From positions 11,835,052 through 11,899,051 of the forward strand of contig NC_083409.1 of assembly GCF_020745735.1 (NCBI RefSeq): a stretch of 64,000 nucleotides of DNA, in the 5' to 3' direction. Numbering within the stretch: the stretch's first letter is position 1; each line of letters starts with the position of its first letter. The notes under the pieces are model-generated. The model saw only the letters and a list, made by a program, of their open reading frames with translations. It was not told where the DNA came from and did not search any database. Source of the stretch: Hemiscyllium ocellatum (lineage: Eukaryota). The position numbers and the translations under genes are program-made. Below, piece by piece: positions 1 to 11,285 of this stretch.

Positions 1-705
1 GTTGAAATGTTGGGCCACAGGGCAGTGGGGTTGATTGGTGTGGTTGTCCCTGAGATGTTCCCTAAAGCGCTCTGCAAGGAGGCGTCCAGTCTCCCCAATA
101 TAGAGGAAACCGCATCGGGTGCAATGGATACAATAAATGATATTGGTTGATGTGCTGGTAACAATTTGATGGATGTGGAAGGCTCTTTTGGGGCCTTAGA
201 TGGAGATGAGGGAGGAGGTGTGGGCAGAGGCATTACAATTCATGTGGTGGCAGGGGAGGGTGCCAGGAAGGGAGGGTGGGTTGTCGGGGTACGTGGACCT
301 GACCAGGTAGTCACGGAGGAACAGTCTTTGCGGAAAGCAGGAATGGGTGGGGAGGGAAATATATCCCTGGTGGTGGAGTCCGTTTGGAGTTGGCGGAAAT
401 GTCGTCGGATGATGTGGTTAATGTGAAGGTTGGTAGGATGGAAGGTGAGCACCAGGGGGTTCTGTTCTTCTTACGGTTGGAGGGGTGGGGTTTGAGGGCA
501 GAGTGGTGGGATGTGGACAAGATGCGTTGGAGCACATCTTTGACCATGTGGGAAGGGAAATTGCGATCTCTAAAGAAGGAGGCCATCTGGTGTGTTCTGT
601 GGTGGAACTGGTCCTACCGGGAGCAAATATGGCGGAGGCGGAGGAATTGGGAATACGGGATGGCATTTTTACAAGAGGTAGGTTGGGAAGAGGTGGAATC
701 CTCGG
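1..705 (-). mobile_element. Penelope-like retroelement fragment (C-terminal RT region plus GIY-YIG endonuclease), truncated by window edge
   Basis: The minus strand of ~20-155 translates to CTSTNIIYCIHCTRCGFLYIGETGRLLAERFREHLRD, a GIY-YIG-type motif. ORFs 240-452 (LTFHPTNLHINHIIRRHFRQLQTD) and 311-586 (MASFFRDRNFP) resemble vertebrate Penelope ORFs. The frames are broken. Confidence 0.85.
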
Positions 706-1037
706 TGTCGGTGGGTTATGTAAAAAATGTCAGTGTCAAGTCGGTCATCATTAATGGAGATGGAGTGGTCCAGGAAGGGGAGAGTGGTGTCAGAGATGGT
801 CCAGGTGGTCATTAATGGAAATCTGTTTGGAATCTTGTAACCTCCAATGATTCCAGATCAAAGGGATCATTTGAAAGTGATTGATGATTGGCTGTCAGTA
901 TCCTCTACAATGGATGTGTCATTGATTGACAGGCGAATAGCCAATTGTGACAATGCCATGCTGAAATGCAGCCAATCAGCTGAATGGAGTGGCCAATCTT
1001 CAAAGCGCACAGAGACAGAGACTGAATCTTCTTCATC

Positions 1038-1043
1038 TTTATT
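1038..1043 (-). terminator. Putative polyadenylation signal AATAAA of cluster 1 kappa transcript
   Basis: AATAAA on the minus strand ~530 bp after the C stop. The homologous position in cluster 2 is ATTAAA (54203-54208). Confidence 0.5.
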
Positions 1044-1569
1044 CCCCTTTCCAGATTGACATTGACAGAAAACAGACTGCAATTAACAGCCCAGACAGAG
1101 GAAGCTGCACAAATTCACAGCCACAATGGAGCTTGAGGAAAACACTTGTGGAGATTTTCTCAATAACATGAGAATCCTGTAAATTCAAACAGTGACAAAA
1201 CCTTAAATTGGAACTGGCGGCTGAGCAGGAAGGAGATCTGGTTTACTGAGGCAGAGAATTCTGAGGTTCACATTGTTTTGTACAGCTGACAGTCTTCAGC
1301 AACTTCAATAGATTTTACTTGGCATCACAAGTCAACTCTGTCCCCATCAAACGTTCCCAGAACAGGGACAGCATGGGGTTTGACACAGCGTAAAGCTCTA
1401 TCTACAGTGTCCCAATGAACCTGCCTTAACCCCTGAACCTCAGAAATGTCTCTAACCGGTCCTGAGAAGGAAGAGAGGTGAAATTCAGTGCTGACGATGA
1501 CCTTTGTCCTGCCAGCTCAGCCCTGTTCTATTTAAAGTTGTGTCTCCTCTGTGGACTGTCTTGAACACC

Positions 1570-1898
1570 CTACACACATTCTGATCTCCTGATGCTCTTG
1601 CTGAGGGGAGAGGGGAGGGTCACGTGAGTGAGGGCACAGGAGAAGTGAGCGTCGGACTCCCAGTCAGACCCAGAGAGAGTCAGCAGGCTGCTGACACTGT
1701 AGGTGCTGTCCGAAGCTCGCAGGTAGTTGCTGGTCTGAACCCCGTCCGAAATGACTGCACCATCCTTCTTCCACTGCACCTCCAGCTCATCGGGATAGAA
1801 GTGATTGGCAAGGCACACCAGGGTGGCAGTGCCCTTGGCATTGACCTGCTCCAGGGAGGGAGGCAGCAGGGTCAGCTTGGGCTGAGAGTTCTCACGGC
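1570..1898 (-). CDS. IGKC: Immunoglobulin kappa light chain constant exon (cluster 1), intact
   Basis: Acceptor ttgtctttcag| (AG at 1899-1900), phase 1. Reads (S)RENSQPKLTLLPPSLEQVNAKGTATLVCLANHFYPDELEVQWKKDG...STYSVSSLLTLSGSDWESDAHFSCALTHVTLPSPLSKSIRRSECV*. Both C1-set Cys, the Trp and the terminal Cys are present. Confidence 0.97.
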
Positions 1899-2039
1899 CT
1901 GAAAGACAAGAGAAACAATTTTAATCCCTGTTATTCGAAGGGATTTTAACTCTCTGAACATTCACCGGTAAAACAATCCGTTTGAACATTTGTAGCCAAT
2001 ACCTAACAAACCCCATAAATAAACAGGCATTGTTCAAAT

Positions 2040-2375
2040 TGCATCTTGGGATGTGAGTGTCACTGGCAGGATCAGCATTTATTACCCATCCCTAATCACC
2101 CAGAGGGCAGTTTAGAGTCAACCACATCGCTGTGGGTCTGGAGTCACATGGTAAGGATGGCAGTTTCCTTCCCTAAAGGACATCAGGGAATCAGATGGCT
2201 TTTCCTGACAATCAACAATTGTTTCATGGTCATCATTCGACACTTAATTGCAGATTGTTTTATTGAATTCACATTCCACCATCTGCTGCGGCAGGATTCT
2301 AACCCTGTCCCCAGATCATTAATCTGGATCTCTGGATGAACAGCTCAGCAATAGTACCATTAAATCATCACCTCC
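2040..2375 (-). mobile_element. SINE-like interspersed repeat (homologous copy 51705-52040, +)
   Basis: Reverse-complement match between the two copies; ~330 bp, no ORF. Family not firmly identified. Confidence 0.5.
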
Positions 2376-2479
2376 TTTATCTGATTTTTAGTTGAGAATG
2401 AAAGCAAGAAGTTTGTTTCTGAGCAGGGTGATTAGAAAAAGCACAACTGAAAGACTCCCAGTTCATCCCAAAAAAGATT

Positions 2480-3140
2480 AGTTCCTTAAAAGTGGAGTTG
2501 CAGGTAGGTAGGGGGGTGACGAAGTCATTTGGCATGCTTTCCTTTATTGGGCAGTGCATTGAGTGTTGGAGTTGGGAGCTGATGCACCTGTACAGGACAT
2601 TAATTTGGCCCCTTTTGGAATAATGTGTGGAATTCTGGCCTCCCTGCTGTAGGAAAAATGTTGGGAACCTTAAAATGGCTCAGAAAAGATTTCCAAGGAT
2701 GTTGCCAAGTTGGAGGGTTTGTGCGATCGGGAGAGGCTGAATAGGCTGAGGCTATTTTCCCTGGATCACTGGAAGCTGAGGGATGACCATATCGAGGTTT
2801 CTAACATCATGAGGGGCATTGATCAAGTGAATAGAGAAGATATTTTGTTCAGAGTGAAGGAATCCATAACTAGAGGGCATAGGTGGAAAGTATCAGGAGA
2901 ACGATTTAAATGGGAACTAAGGCATAACTTATTCCTGCCGAGGGTGGTACATTTTTGGAATGAGCTGCCAGAGGAAGTGGTGGAGGCTGGTATGATAACA
3001 TTTAAAATGCATTTGGATGTGTATATGAATAGGAAGGGTTTGGAAGGATATGGGCCAAATGCTGACAAATGGGACTAGATTAATTTCAGTTATCTGGTCG
3101 GCATGGATGAGTTGGACAGAAGGGTCTGTTTCTGTGCAGT
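2480..3140 (+). mobile_element. CR1-type LINE 3' fragment
   Basis: ORF 2710-3078 (RERLNRLRLFSL...RGHRWKV...RVVHFWNELPEEVVEAG) is the CR1 ORF2 C-terminus, followed by the 3' UTR. Confidence 0.9.
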
Positions 3141-3589
3141 ACATCTCTCTGACTCTATGTCTCTGTGGCTGGCATGGATGAGTCAGATCGAAGAGTCTGT
3201 TTCTAATTGTGACTCTAATTGTGCTTCAATCAAGCCCTCAGCACCTCAGCCTCTCCCAAAACATTTACATTTTGTTTCAAAACCAGTCACAGTTGCAATT
3301 TCAGGAAAGGGGCAGCCAATATCTACACAGCAAGATCCCACTGGAAGCAATGAGATCAAAGAGCATTCTTCATGATTTTGGTTCAAGGATAAATATTGGC
3401 CTGAACTCAACCCAAAGAGAAAGGAATTTGGTTCAGTTGGATGGAAATTGAGAAAATGGGGAAGGTAAAGGAGAAGGTAGGATTGTGGTTAGTGATGGGG
3501 TTGATTGTTACCAGAATATAAAAGGAAGGGACAGAAGTTTTTTGAATATCAAAGGGATCATAATAGTGCAAGGAAAATCAATAATAGAT

Positions 3590-5520
3590 CAAACTTAAAG
3601 ACTTTTTATTTAAATGCACGAAGCATTCCGAGTAAGGTAGAAAAATGATGTCACAAATCCAGGTAAATTGAGTTTCCAAGGAATTTAAACTAGTTAAAGT
3701 GGAGGAGGGCTCAGGAGACAATATTCTAGTTTCTAGAAGATGTAAAAGGAAAGAGAGTGTGGAAAGGATCAGGTATCAAACGTAAAGAACAGCAGATAAG
3801 GGGACAATGATGGGAAGGAGGGCAATCAATGCAGGACTGAGGGTGTTGTACTTAAGTGCACACAGTATACACAATGAGCTTGTAGTGCAGATTGAAACTG
3901 GCAGGTACGATGTTGTGGGTATCACAGAGACATGGCTGTAAGGGGATCAGGACTGGAACTAAATATCCAAGGATACATGTCCTATCAAAAGGACAGACAG
4001 ATAGGCAGAGGGGCAAGAGTTGTGTTGTTCGTAAGAAATAGCTTTAAATCAATAGCAAGAAGTGATACAGTCAGAAGGTGTAGAATCTGTGTGGGTAGAG
4101 TTGAGGAACCCAAGAAATAAAGAATCTGATGCAAGTTATGTTCAGGTCTCCAAGCAGTAACCAGGGTGTGGGGAAGAAAATCAATCAGGAGACAGAAAAG
4201 GGTAAAAACAATGACTGCAGATGCTGGAAACCAGATTCTAGATTAGAGTGGTGCTGGAAAAGCACAGCAGTTCAGGTAGCATCCGACGAGTAGTAAAATC
4301 AACGTTTCAGGTAAAAGCCCTTCATCAGGAATAGAGGCAGACAGCCTGAAGGGTGGAGAGAAAAGTGAGAGGAGGGTGGGGGTGAGGACAAAGAATCATA
4401 GAGTACAATAATTGAGTACAATAGGGGGTGGGAGGGTGGAGTGGATAGGTTGAAAAGAAGATAGGCAGGTAGGACAAGTTATGGAGACAGTGCTGAGCTG
4501 GAAGTTTGGAACTGGAGACAGAAAAGCCAAATATAAAATATTATCGCAGACTTCAATGGATAGGTGGACTGGATAGCGCATCTCAACAAAAGGCTTTCAT
4601 GGAATGTCTATGAGATTGTTTTTGAAACAGCTTGTGGTTGATCATTTGGAACAGGCAGTTCTGGATTCAGTGATGTGTAATGAGGCAAACTTGGTTAGTG
4701 AGCTGAAGATGAAAGTATCCCTCTGGATAAGTGACCATAATACGATAGAATTCCCCCTGTAGTTTGAGAGGGAGAAGCTGCAATCAGATGGAACAAGATT
4801 TCAATTGAGTAAAGGGAACGACAAAGACATGAGGAAGGAGCTGGCCAGAGTTGATTGGAAGGGGAGCCGAGCAAGTAAGATGGTGGGGCAGCAAACAGCA
4901 GAGTTTCTGGGGGTAATTCAGGAAGCAGAGCAGGAATTTATCCAAAAAAAGAAGAAACATAATAAGGGGAGAACAGTGTAACCATGGCTGATGAGGGAGG
5001 TCAAGGACAGCATAAAAGCAAAAGGAAAAGGCAGACAATATGGTGGAAAATAGTGGGAGGCCAGAGGATTAGGAAGTCTTTAAAACCTGTAGAGGATAAC
5101 TAAAAAAATTTCAGGGTACAGAAGGTGAAATGTGGGGAAAAGCGAGCCAGTAATATAAAAGAAGATTGGAAGAGTTTCACAAGATTTATAAAAATGAAGA
5201 GGGAGGCAGAAATAGACATTTGAAAAAGAATAATAGGAAAATGAAGAAAATGCCGAGGAATTGAATACATACATTACATCAGTCTGCACAATGGAAAACA
5301 CCAGCAATGTCCCAGAACTTCAAGACTGTCAGGGGGCAGAGGTGAGTGTAGTGGCCATCACTAAGGAGGAGGTACTGGGGAAGCTGAAAGGTCTGAATGT
5401 GGATAACTCACCCAGACTGGATGAACTACACCAGTGTGTTCTGAAGGAGATCACTGAGGGGATTGTGGGGACATTGGTGATGAGCTTTCAGGAATCAATG
5501 GAGTCAGGGTGTGGAGGTAT
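3590..5520 (+). mobile_element. Decayed CR1 LINE ORF2 (endonuclease to RT start), interrupted by a Penelope insertion
   Basis: Contains a YDVVGITETW-like endonuclease start (3905-3935), GSSDHNTIEF-like and KEEVLGKLKGLNVDNSP segments, with many frameshifts. Homologous to 48100-49300 on the minus strand. Confidence 0.85.
4201..4513 (-). mobile_element. 5'-truncated Penelope-like insertion with 13-bp target-site duplication
   Basis: TSD GGAGACAGAAAAG at 4188-4200 and 4514-4526. Terminus GTAAAAACAATGACTGCAGATGCTGG is shared with 21793. The empty site is at 48955-48967 in cluster 2. Confidence 0.85.
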
Positions 5521-5579
5521 TTTCTAAATAAGGAAAGCCTTTGGAGATCTAAAGCACAAACCTCATTCAGGTTTCTCTT

Positions 5580-6240
5580 AAGGTTAACAGGCAGGTCCAG
5601 TTTGTGCTTGGGAAGGCAAATAAAATGTTCGCATTCATTTCAATAGGGCCAGAATACAAGGGCAGAGATGTACTGCTGAGGCTGTGTAAGGCTCTGGTCA
5701 GACTGCATTTGGAATATTGTGAACAGATTTGGGACCCATATTCTAAGAAAAAATGTGCTGGCATTGGAGGGGTTTACAAGAATGATCCTGGGGATGAAAG
5801 GCTTGCCATATGAGGCGTGTTTGAGAACTCTGGGTCTGTACTCAATGGCGTTTAGAAGGATGAGGAGGGATCTTATTGAAATTTGCAGAATACTGATAGG
5901 CCTGGATAGAGTGGATGGGGAGAAGATGTTTCCAAAATCAGGAGAGACTAGGTAACCAAGGCACAGCCTCAGAATGAAGGGCCAACCTTTTAAACTGAGA
6001 TGAGGAGGAATTTCTTCAGCCAGAGGGTGGTGAATCTGTGGAACTCATTGTTACAGGGGGCAGTGGAAGCCAAGTCACTGAGTGTATTTAAGACAGAGAT
6101 AGATAGGTTCGTGATTGTTAAGGGGATGGAAAGTTCCTGCGGAGCAGGCAGGAGAATGGGGTTGAGAAGCATATCTGCCAAGGTCAAATGGCAGAGCAGA
6201 TTCAGTGGGCTGAATGGCTGATTTCTGATCCTATTTCTTA
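5580..6240 (+). mobile_element. CR1 LINE 3' fragment
   Basis: Contains YKGRDVLLRLCKALVRLHLEYC and RRNFFSQRVVNLWNSL motifs. Homologous to 46650-47330. Confidence 0.9.
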
Positions 6241-6359
6241 AAGTTTTCTGGAGAGTTTCCCCAAAACTCTGGAACACTGAACCCACTGGACTGTGAGCCC
6301 TGCTGTAGCTGTTTGTCATCAGAACTCTGCAAAGAGATAATCCAAAAGTGGAAAGAGTA

Positions 6360-7260
6360 TACATCCATGTGGGAACTTCAGAATGTTTCTCAGCTCCTGG
6401 AATACCATGAGTGCAGGAAGTGTGGTCAGTGACAGCAGTTGGAACTCCGGGGTTCGGAGCTTGAGCAGCAGCTGGTGTCAGTGCGGAGCGTCCATGAGGC
6501 TGAGAGCTCTGTGGAGAGCATGTTTCTAGATGTGGTCACTCTGCAGTTTCAGAGTATGCAGGGAGAGAGGGAATGGGGGAGCAGCAGACAGTCCAAAAGG
6601 ACCAGGCAGCTAGTACAGAAATCCCCTGAGTGCATCCCACTCTACAACCAAGATTCAGTTCAGAATCCTGATGAGAATGATGGTTCATCTGGGGAGTGCA
6701 ACCAGAGGCAAGTCCATGGCACCACGGGGGGCTCAGCTGTACGGGGTGGGGGGGGGGGGGTGCACAAGGAAGACTGGAAGAGCGATAGTGAGAAGAGATT
6801 CGAGAGTGAGGGCAATCGATAGGTGTTTGTGCAGCTGCAGATGGGAATCCAGGATGGTGTGTTGTCTCCCTGGTGCCATAGTCAAGGATGTAACTGATCA
6901 TCTGCAGAGCACCCTGAGGGGAGACGAGGAACAGTCAGCAGTAGTGGTCCACATCGGTCCTAGTGACAAAAGGAGACAAGTGGTCTTGCAGTCAGAAGTT
7001 CGGGAGCTTTGGAGGGAATTAGCAGCAGGAACTCAAAATAGGAGTCTCTGGATTATTCTCAATGCCCGATGCAGGTGAGAATAGAATCAAGAGGTGAACA
7101 CAGGTGATTGTGGGGCTGGAAAGAGGATCCATGAGGGAAGGTTTTAGATTATTGTGAGGTGGTTTACTCGTGCTGTTAGAGAGGGTTTAAACTAACTTGG
7201 CAGGACTGTGGGAGCCAGGAGGGAATATCAGAGAGGAACACCAAGGTCCACAGAATCCTC
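6360..7260 (+). mobile_element. CR1 LINE ORF1 fragment (zinc-binding/coiled-coil to SGNH-esterase-like region)
   Basis: Contains ELEQQLVSVRSV, MVCCLPGA.VKDV and AVVVHIG motifs typical of CR1 ORF1. Mirror copy at 45600-46510. Confidence 0.75.
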
Positions 7261-7498
7261 AGTGCAGTCAATAAGTCACCTCCTAGTGGGAAGGATGTGG
7301 AGGAATACAAATGCAAGGAGTTTACAGAGACCTGCAAATGTGATAGAGCCGTTATAAATGGGGTCGGGGGGGGTGGTGATCTTTAGTTTCTGAATATAGT
7401 TTGGGATAGCAGCAGTGTACTGGGCAGAGAGGTGCCTGAGTTGGGAGAGTGTGTTCAGGTGAATTTTCAGGAGGCATTGATGGCTCAGTGGTGGCTCA

Positions 7499-7806
7499 GG
7501 GGGTGCACCATGGTGGCTCAATGGTTAGCACTGCAGCCTCACAGCACCAGGGTCCCAGGATCGATTCCAGCCTTGGATGACTGTCTGTGTGGAGTTTGCA
7601 CATTCTCCCTATGTGTGAGTTTCCTCCAGGTGCTCTGGTTTCCTAACACAGTCCAAAAATGTGAATTGGCCATGCTAAATTGCCCACAGTGTTAGATGCA
7701 TTACAGAGAGGGAAATGGGTCTGGGTGGGTTAACTCTTCGGAGGATCGGTGTGGACTTGTTGGGCCGAAGGGCCTGTTTCCACACTGTAGAGAATCTAAT
7801 CTAATC
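7499..7806 (+). mobile_element. tRNA-derived SINE (HE1/V-SINE-like)
   Basis: A box TGGCTCAATGG, B box GGTTCGATTCC-like, core GGAGTTTGCACATTCTCCC, and a (CTAAT)n tail. At least six copies occur in the window. Confidence 0.85.
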
Positions 7807-7809
7807 ATT

Positions 7810-10210
7810 GGCTGTGAAAAGGGCTAATAATACAATGGAATCTTGACCAACTGGGCCAGTGGGCTGAGGAATGGCAGATGGAGTTTAATACAGATAAATG
7901 TGAGTGCTATATTTTGGTAAGACACAAGAGATGGGTGAGATCCCAAACAAATATTTCATGTCAGTGTTTATTGTGGAGAATGCCGGAGAATTTGGAAAAA
8001 TAGTGATGTCTTGAAAAGAGACCACATACAAATGAGGAGACGCAAAAGATCTTAAACACATAAGGTAGATAAACCCTAGGACCTGATCATGTGTATCCCA
8101 GAACATTGTGGGAAAGTAGGGAAGAGATTGCTGGGCCCCTTGCTGAGATATGTGTATCACTGACAACCATGGGTAAGGTGCTGGAGAACCAGAGAGGTTG
8201 GCCTGCCATCATTTGAGAAAGACTGTGAGGAAAAGCCAGGGAACTATAGACCAGTGAGCCTGATGTCAGTGCTGGGTAAGACGTTGGAGTGGATTCTGTG
8301 GGATAGGATTTACATTCTTTGGATAATCAATGTGGTTTTATGCATAGGAATTCATGTCTCCTGAATTTGATTGAGGAGGTGACAAAGAAGATTGATGAAG
8401 ACAGAACAGTAGACATTGTCTATATGGACTTTAGCAAAGTGTTTGACAAGGTTCCACATGATAGACTGGTTAGTAAGGTTAGGCCGCATGGGATCTGGGG
8501 GAGTGAGCCATTGGGGTAAAAAAATTGGATTGAAGATAGGAGACAGAGTGTTGGTAAAGGGTTGTTTTTCAGACTGGAGATCTGTGAATAGCTGTGTGCC
8601 ACAAGCATTGGTGCTGGGTTCACTGCTTTTGTCATTTAAGTAAATGATTTGGATGTGAATATAGGAGTTACAGTAAGTTTGTAGATGACATCAAAATTGG
8701 TGGGAGAGTGGAGAGTGAAGTAATTCATCTCAGGGTACAGCGGGATCTTGATCAGATGGGGCAATGGGCAGAGGTGTAGCAAATGGAGTTCAGTTCAGAT
8801 AAATGTGAGATGTTGCATTTTGGAAAAGCAAACCGGGCAGGAGTTATACAGTTAATGGGAGGGCCCTGTGGAGTGTTGCTGAACAAAGAGACCTCGGGGA
8901 GAAGATGCAGGTGCATTATTCCTTGAAAGTGTGGTCACAGGTAGACAGGGTGATGAAGAAGGTGATGGGTACACTTGCCTTTATTGGTCACTGCATTGAG
9001 TACAGGAGTTGGGACATCATGTTGCAGCTGAACAGGAGATTGGTGAGGCCACTTTGGGAATAATGTGAACAATTGTGATCATCTGCAATAAGACGGATGC
9101 TGTTAAACTTCAAAAGCTGCAGAAAATATTTACAAAGACATGGCCAGGAATTGGAGTGTTTGAGCGACAGGGAAAGGCTGAAGAAACTGGGCCTATTTGT
9201 CCTGCAGCATCTAAGGCCGAGGGGTGACCTTATAATTGTTTATAAAATCATGAGGGGCATGGACAGGGTGTATATCCAAGGTCTTTTCCTTGGGAAAGGG
9301 ATTCCAAAACAAGAGGGCATAGGTTTAAGGTGAGAGGCAAAAGATTCAAAAGGGACCTGAGGGGTAACTTGTCACACAGAGGGTGGTATGTGTATGGATC
9401 GAGCTGCCAGAGAAAGTGTTGGAGGTGGATACAATTACAGCATTTAAAACACATTGGGATGGGTACAGGGATAGGAAGGGTTTTGAGGGATGTAAGCCGA
9501 ATGCTGGTTAATAGGATGAGGTCAGTTTAGGAGATCTGGTTATCATGGACAAGTTGGACTGAAAGGTCTGTTTCCACACTGTATGACTCCATGACTATGA
9601 GAGGCTGGAAAAGCTGAGACTTTTTACTCTGATGCGTAAGAGTCTGAGGAGTGACCTTATAGAGGTTTATAAGATCATGAGGGTCATAGATAATGTGAAT
9701 AATTCCGGAAGGAGGTGACATTTTGTAGAAATGGCAAAAAATATTCCCGAAGGTTATTCCAGGGATGAGGAACATCAGTTATACAGATTGATTGGAGAAT
9801 TGGGGACTGCCTTCTTTGGAGAAGACTGAGAGATTTATTTGAGGAATTAAAACCAGGAGGGGCCTGGAGAGAGTAAATTGGGAGAAAATGTTCCCAATTG
9901 AGAAAGGATTGAGACTGAGAGACCACAGATTGAAAGTAATTGGGAAAAGTAACAACGTGAGATGGGGAACAACATGTTCAGCCAGTGGGTGGTTAAGGTG
10001 TGGAATGCACTGCCTGAGAATGTGGTGGAGGCAGCTTCAATTGAAACATTCCGAAGGGAATGAGACTATTATTTGAAAAGGAACAATGTGCAGGGTGACA
10101 GGGAGAAGGCAGGAGAATGACACTCAGTGAATTGTTCATTCAGAGAGCCAGTACAGACAGGATGGGTAGAATGGTCTCCGTGTGCACTGTAACAAATCGG
10201 TGATTGTGTG
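7810..10210 (+). mobile_element. Nested CR1 LINE RT and 3' fragments
   Basis: Contains YRPVSL, VDIVYMDFSKVFDKVPH and GDLIIVYKIMRG motifs, with several 3' tails. Confidence 0.9.
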
Positions 10211-10480
10211 ATTGAGCAGAGTTAAAGCTGGGGGAGGTGGGAGCTCGGTGTCTCACTGTGCTGCTGCTGCTGCTGCTGCTGAGGTCAGTGAGACCAGAGA
10301 CTGGGACAGGGAGCCAGAGCTCACATCAAACTCTGCCTGTGTCCGTCACACTGAGACTGGCAGGAGGCTACTCACTGATTTCACTCCATGCTGCAGGAAT
10401 GGGACCACAGGCTGCAAATGGACAGAGCTCCTCCACACGGTGAGTAAAACTGACTGACTTATATCTTGTTTTTTAAAGGG
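10205..10480. other. Conserved non-repetitive J-C intron block with (CTG)7, antisense leader-like ORF and RSS-type heptamers
   Basis: ~95% identical by hand to 43590-43875 and 61472-61757, versus ~80% for the adjacent J-proximal intron. Function unknown; see findings. Confidence 0.6.
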
Positions 10481-10653
10481 AGCAATGGGATTAATGAAAT
10501 ACAGCTGGACACCCTGTTAGACACAGTGCTCCTCAATCAACCATTTCATTCACTGCAGCTCCCCATTAACACCTTCAACAATTCGGCATTTGTGTTTTAA
10601 AAGGTTGCTTCAGTACTGAAAGGGTTAATAACAGAGGATGGAGGTTTACTTAC

Positions 10654-10990
10654 TCAGTCTGAGCTTGGTTCCTTTACCGAACGTATAGAGTGGAGCTGCT
10701 ATACTTGTTGTTCTGACAGTAATAGTCAGCGACATCCTCATTCTGAACGTTGCTGATTGTCAGGGTGTAACTGGTCCCTGATCCACTGCCGGTGAATCGA
10801 TCGGAGACTCCTGTGAATCGATATGTTGCAGCATAGATCAGGAGAGAGGGTTTCTGATCTTCTCGCTGCTGGTACCAAGCAAGGTAGCTGCTAATGCTTT
10901 GACTGGCCGTACAGGTGATGGTTGCGGTCTAGCCCTGTCCCACTGACAGCACCGGGGGAGACTGGGTCATGATGATGTCCCCATTGATAC
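10654..10990 (-). pseudogene. IGKV: Germline-joined Ig kappa V-J exon, cluster 1 (pseudogene)
   Basis: Acceptor cccctcag| at 10991. Reads [88 protein letters not shown], then directly J (TATACG TTC GGT AAA GGA ACC AAG CTC AGA CTG A|gtaagt; [11 protein letters not shown]). There is a TAG at 10929-10931, and 28 nt between the Cys codon and J put J out of frame. Confidence 0.95.
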
Positions 10991-11176
10991 CTGAGGGGTC
11001 AGAGAGAAACACAGTGAAGTCAGAACTGTCACAGAAAGAGCCTGTCAAATGAGAGATTGTTGGAGACACTGAGCATTCCTCTGGTTTCAGCATTTTCCCT
11101 TCAATCACAAGTCAGTGGAATTGGAGTGAAATGGAGAGCAGCGAAAGATTCAAGGTGGAAGGAGAGAGATTTGTAC

Positions 11177-11225
11177 CTGCGACACAGAATGCCAGGGGCC
11201 AGATCAGCTGGATGTGTGTAATCAT
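11177..11225 (-). CDS. IGKV: Ig kappa V leader exon, cluster 1 (intact exon of a pseudogene)
   Basis: ATG ATT ACA CAC...GTC GCA G|gtac encodes MITHIQLIWPLAFCVA(G). It is 49 nt, has a phase-1 donor and is followed by a 186-bp intron. Confidence 0.93.
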
Positions 11226-11285
11226 GGTGTGTGCTCCTATCCCTGAGTCTGGTTCCTGATAAACTCTCCCTTCACTGGGCTCTGC

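Noticed and set aside
885-1000. Cluster of CCAAT boxes and a CAGCTG E-box just past the polyA signal (mirror 54264-54305) as a 3' enhancer
   Set aside because: Only two CCAAT boxes are shared, and identity of the region is no higher than background.
1624-1902. ORFs antisense to the C exons (1624-1902; 53353-53631)
   Set aside because: These are shadow frames of the C exon with no independent support.
7499-7570. tRNA gene (A/B boxes)
   Set aside because: These are the heads of multi-copy SINEs, without a complete cloverleaf.
10436-10476. CACGGTG + 23 bp + TTGTTTTTT as a 23-RSS
   Set aside because: The nonamer-like sequence is in the wrong orientation (it should read ACAAAAACC).
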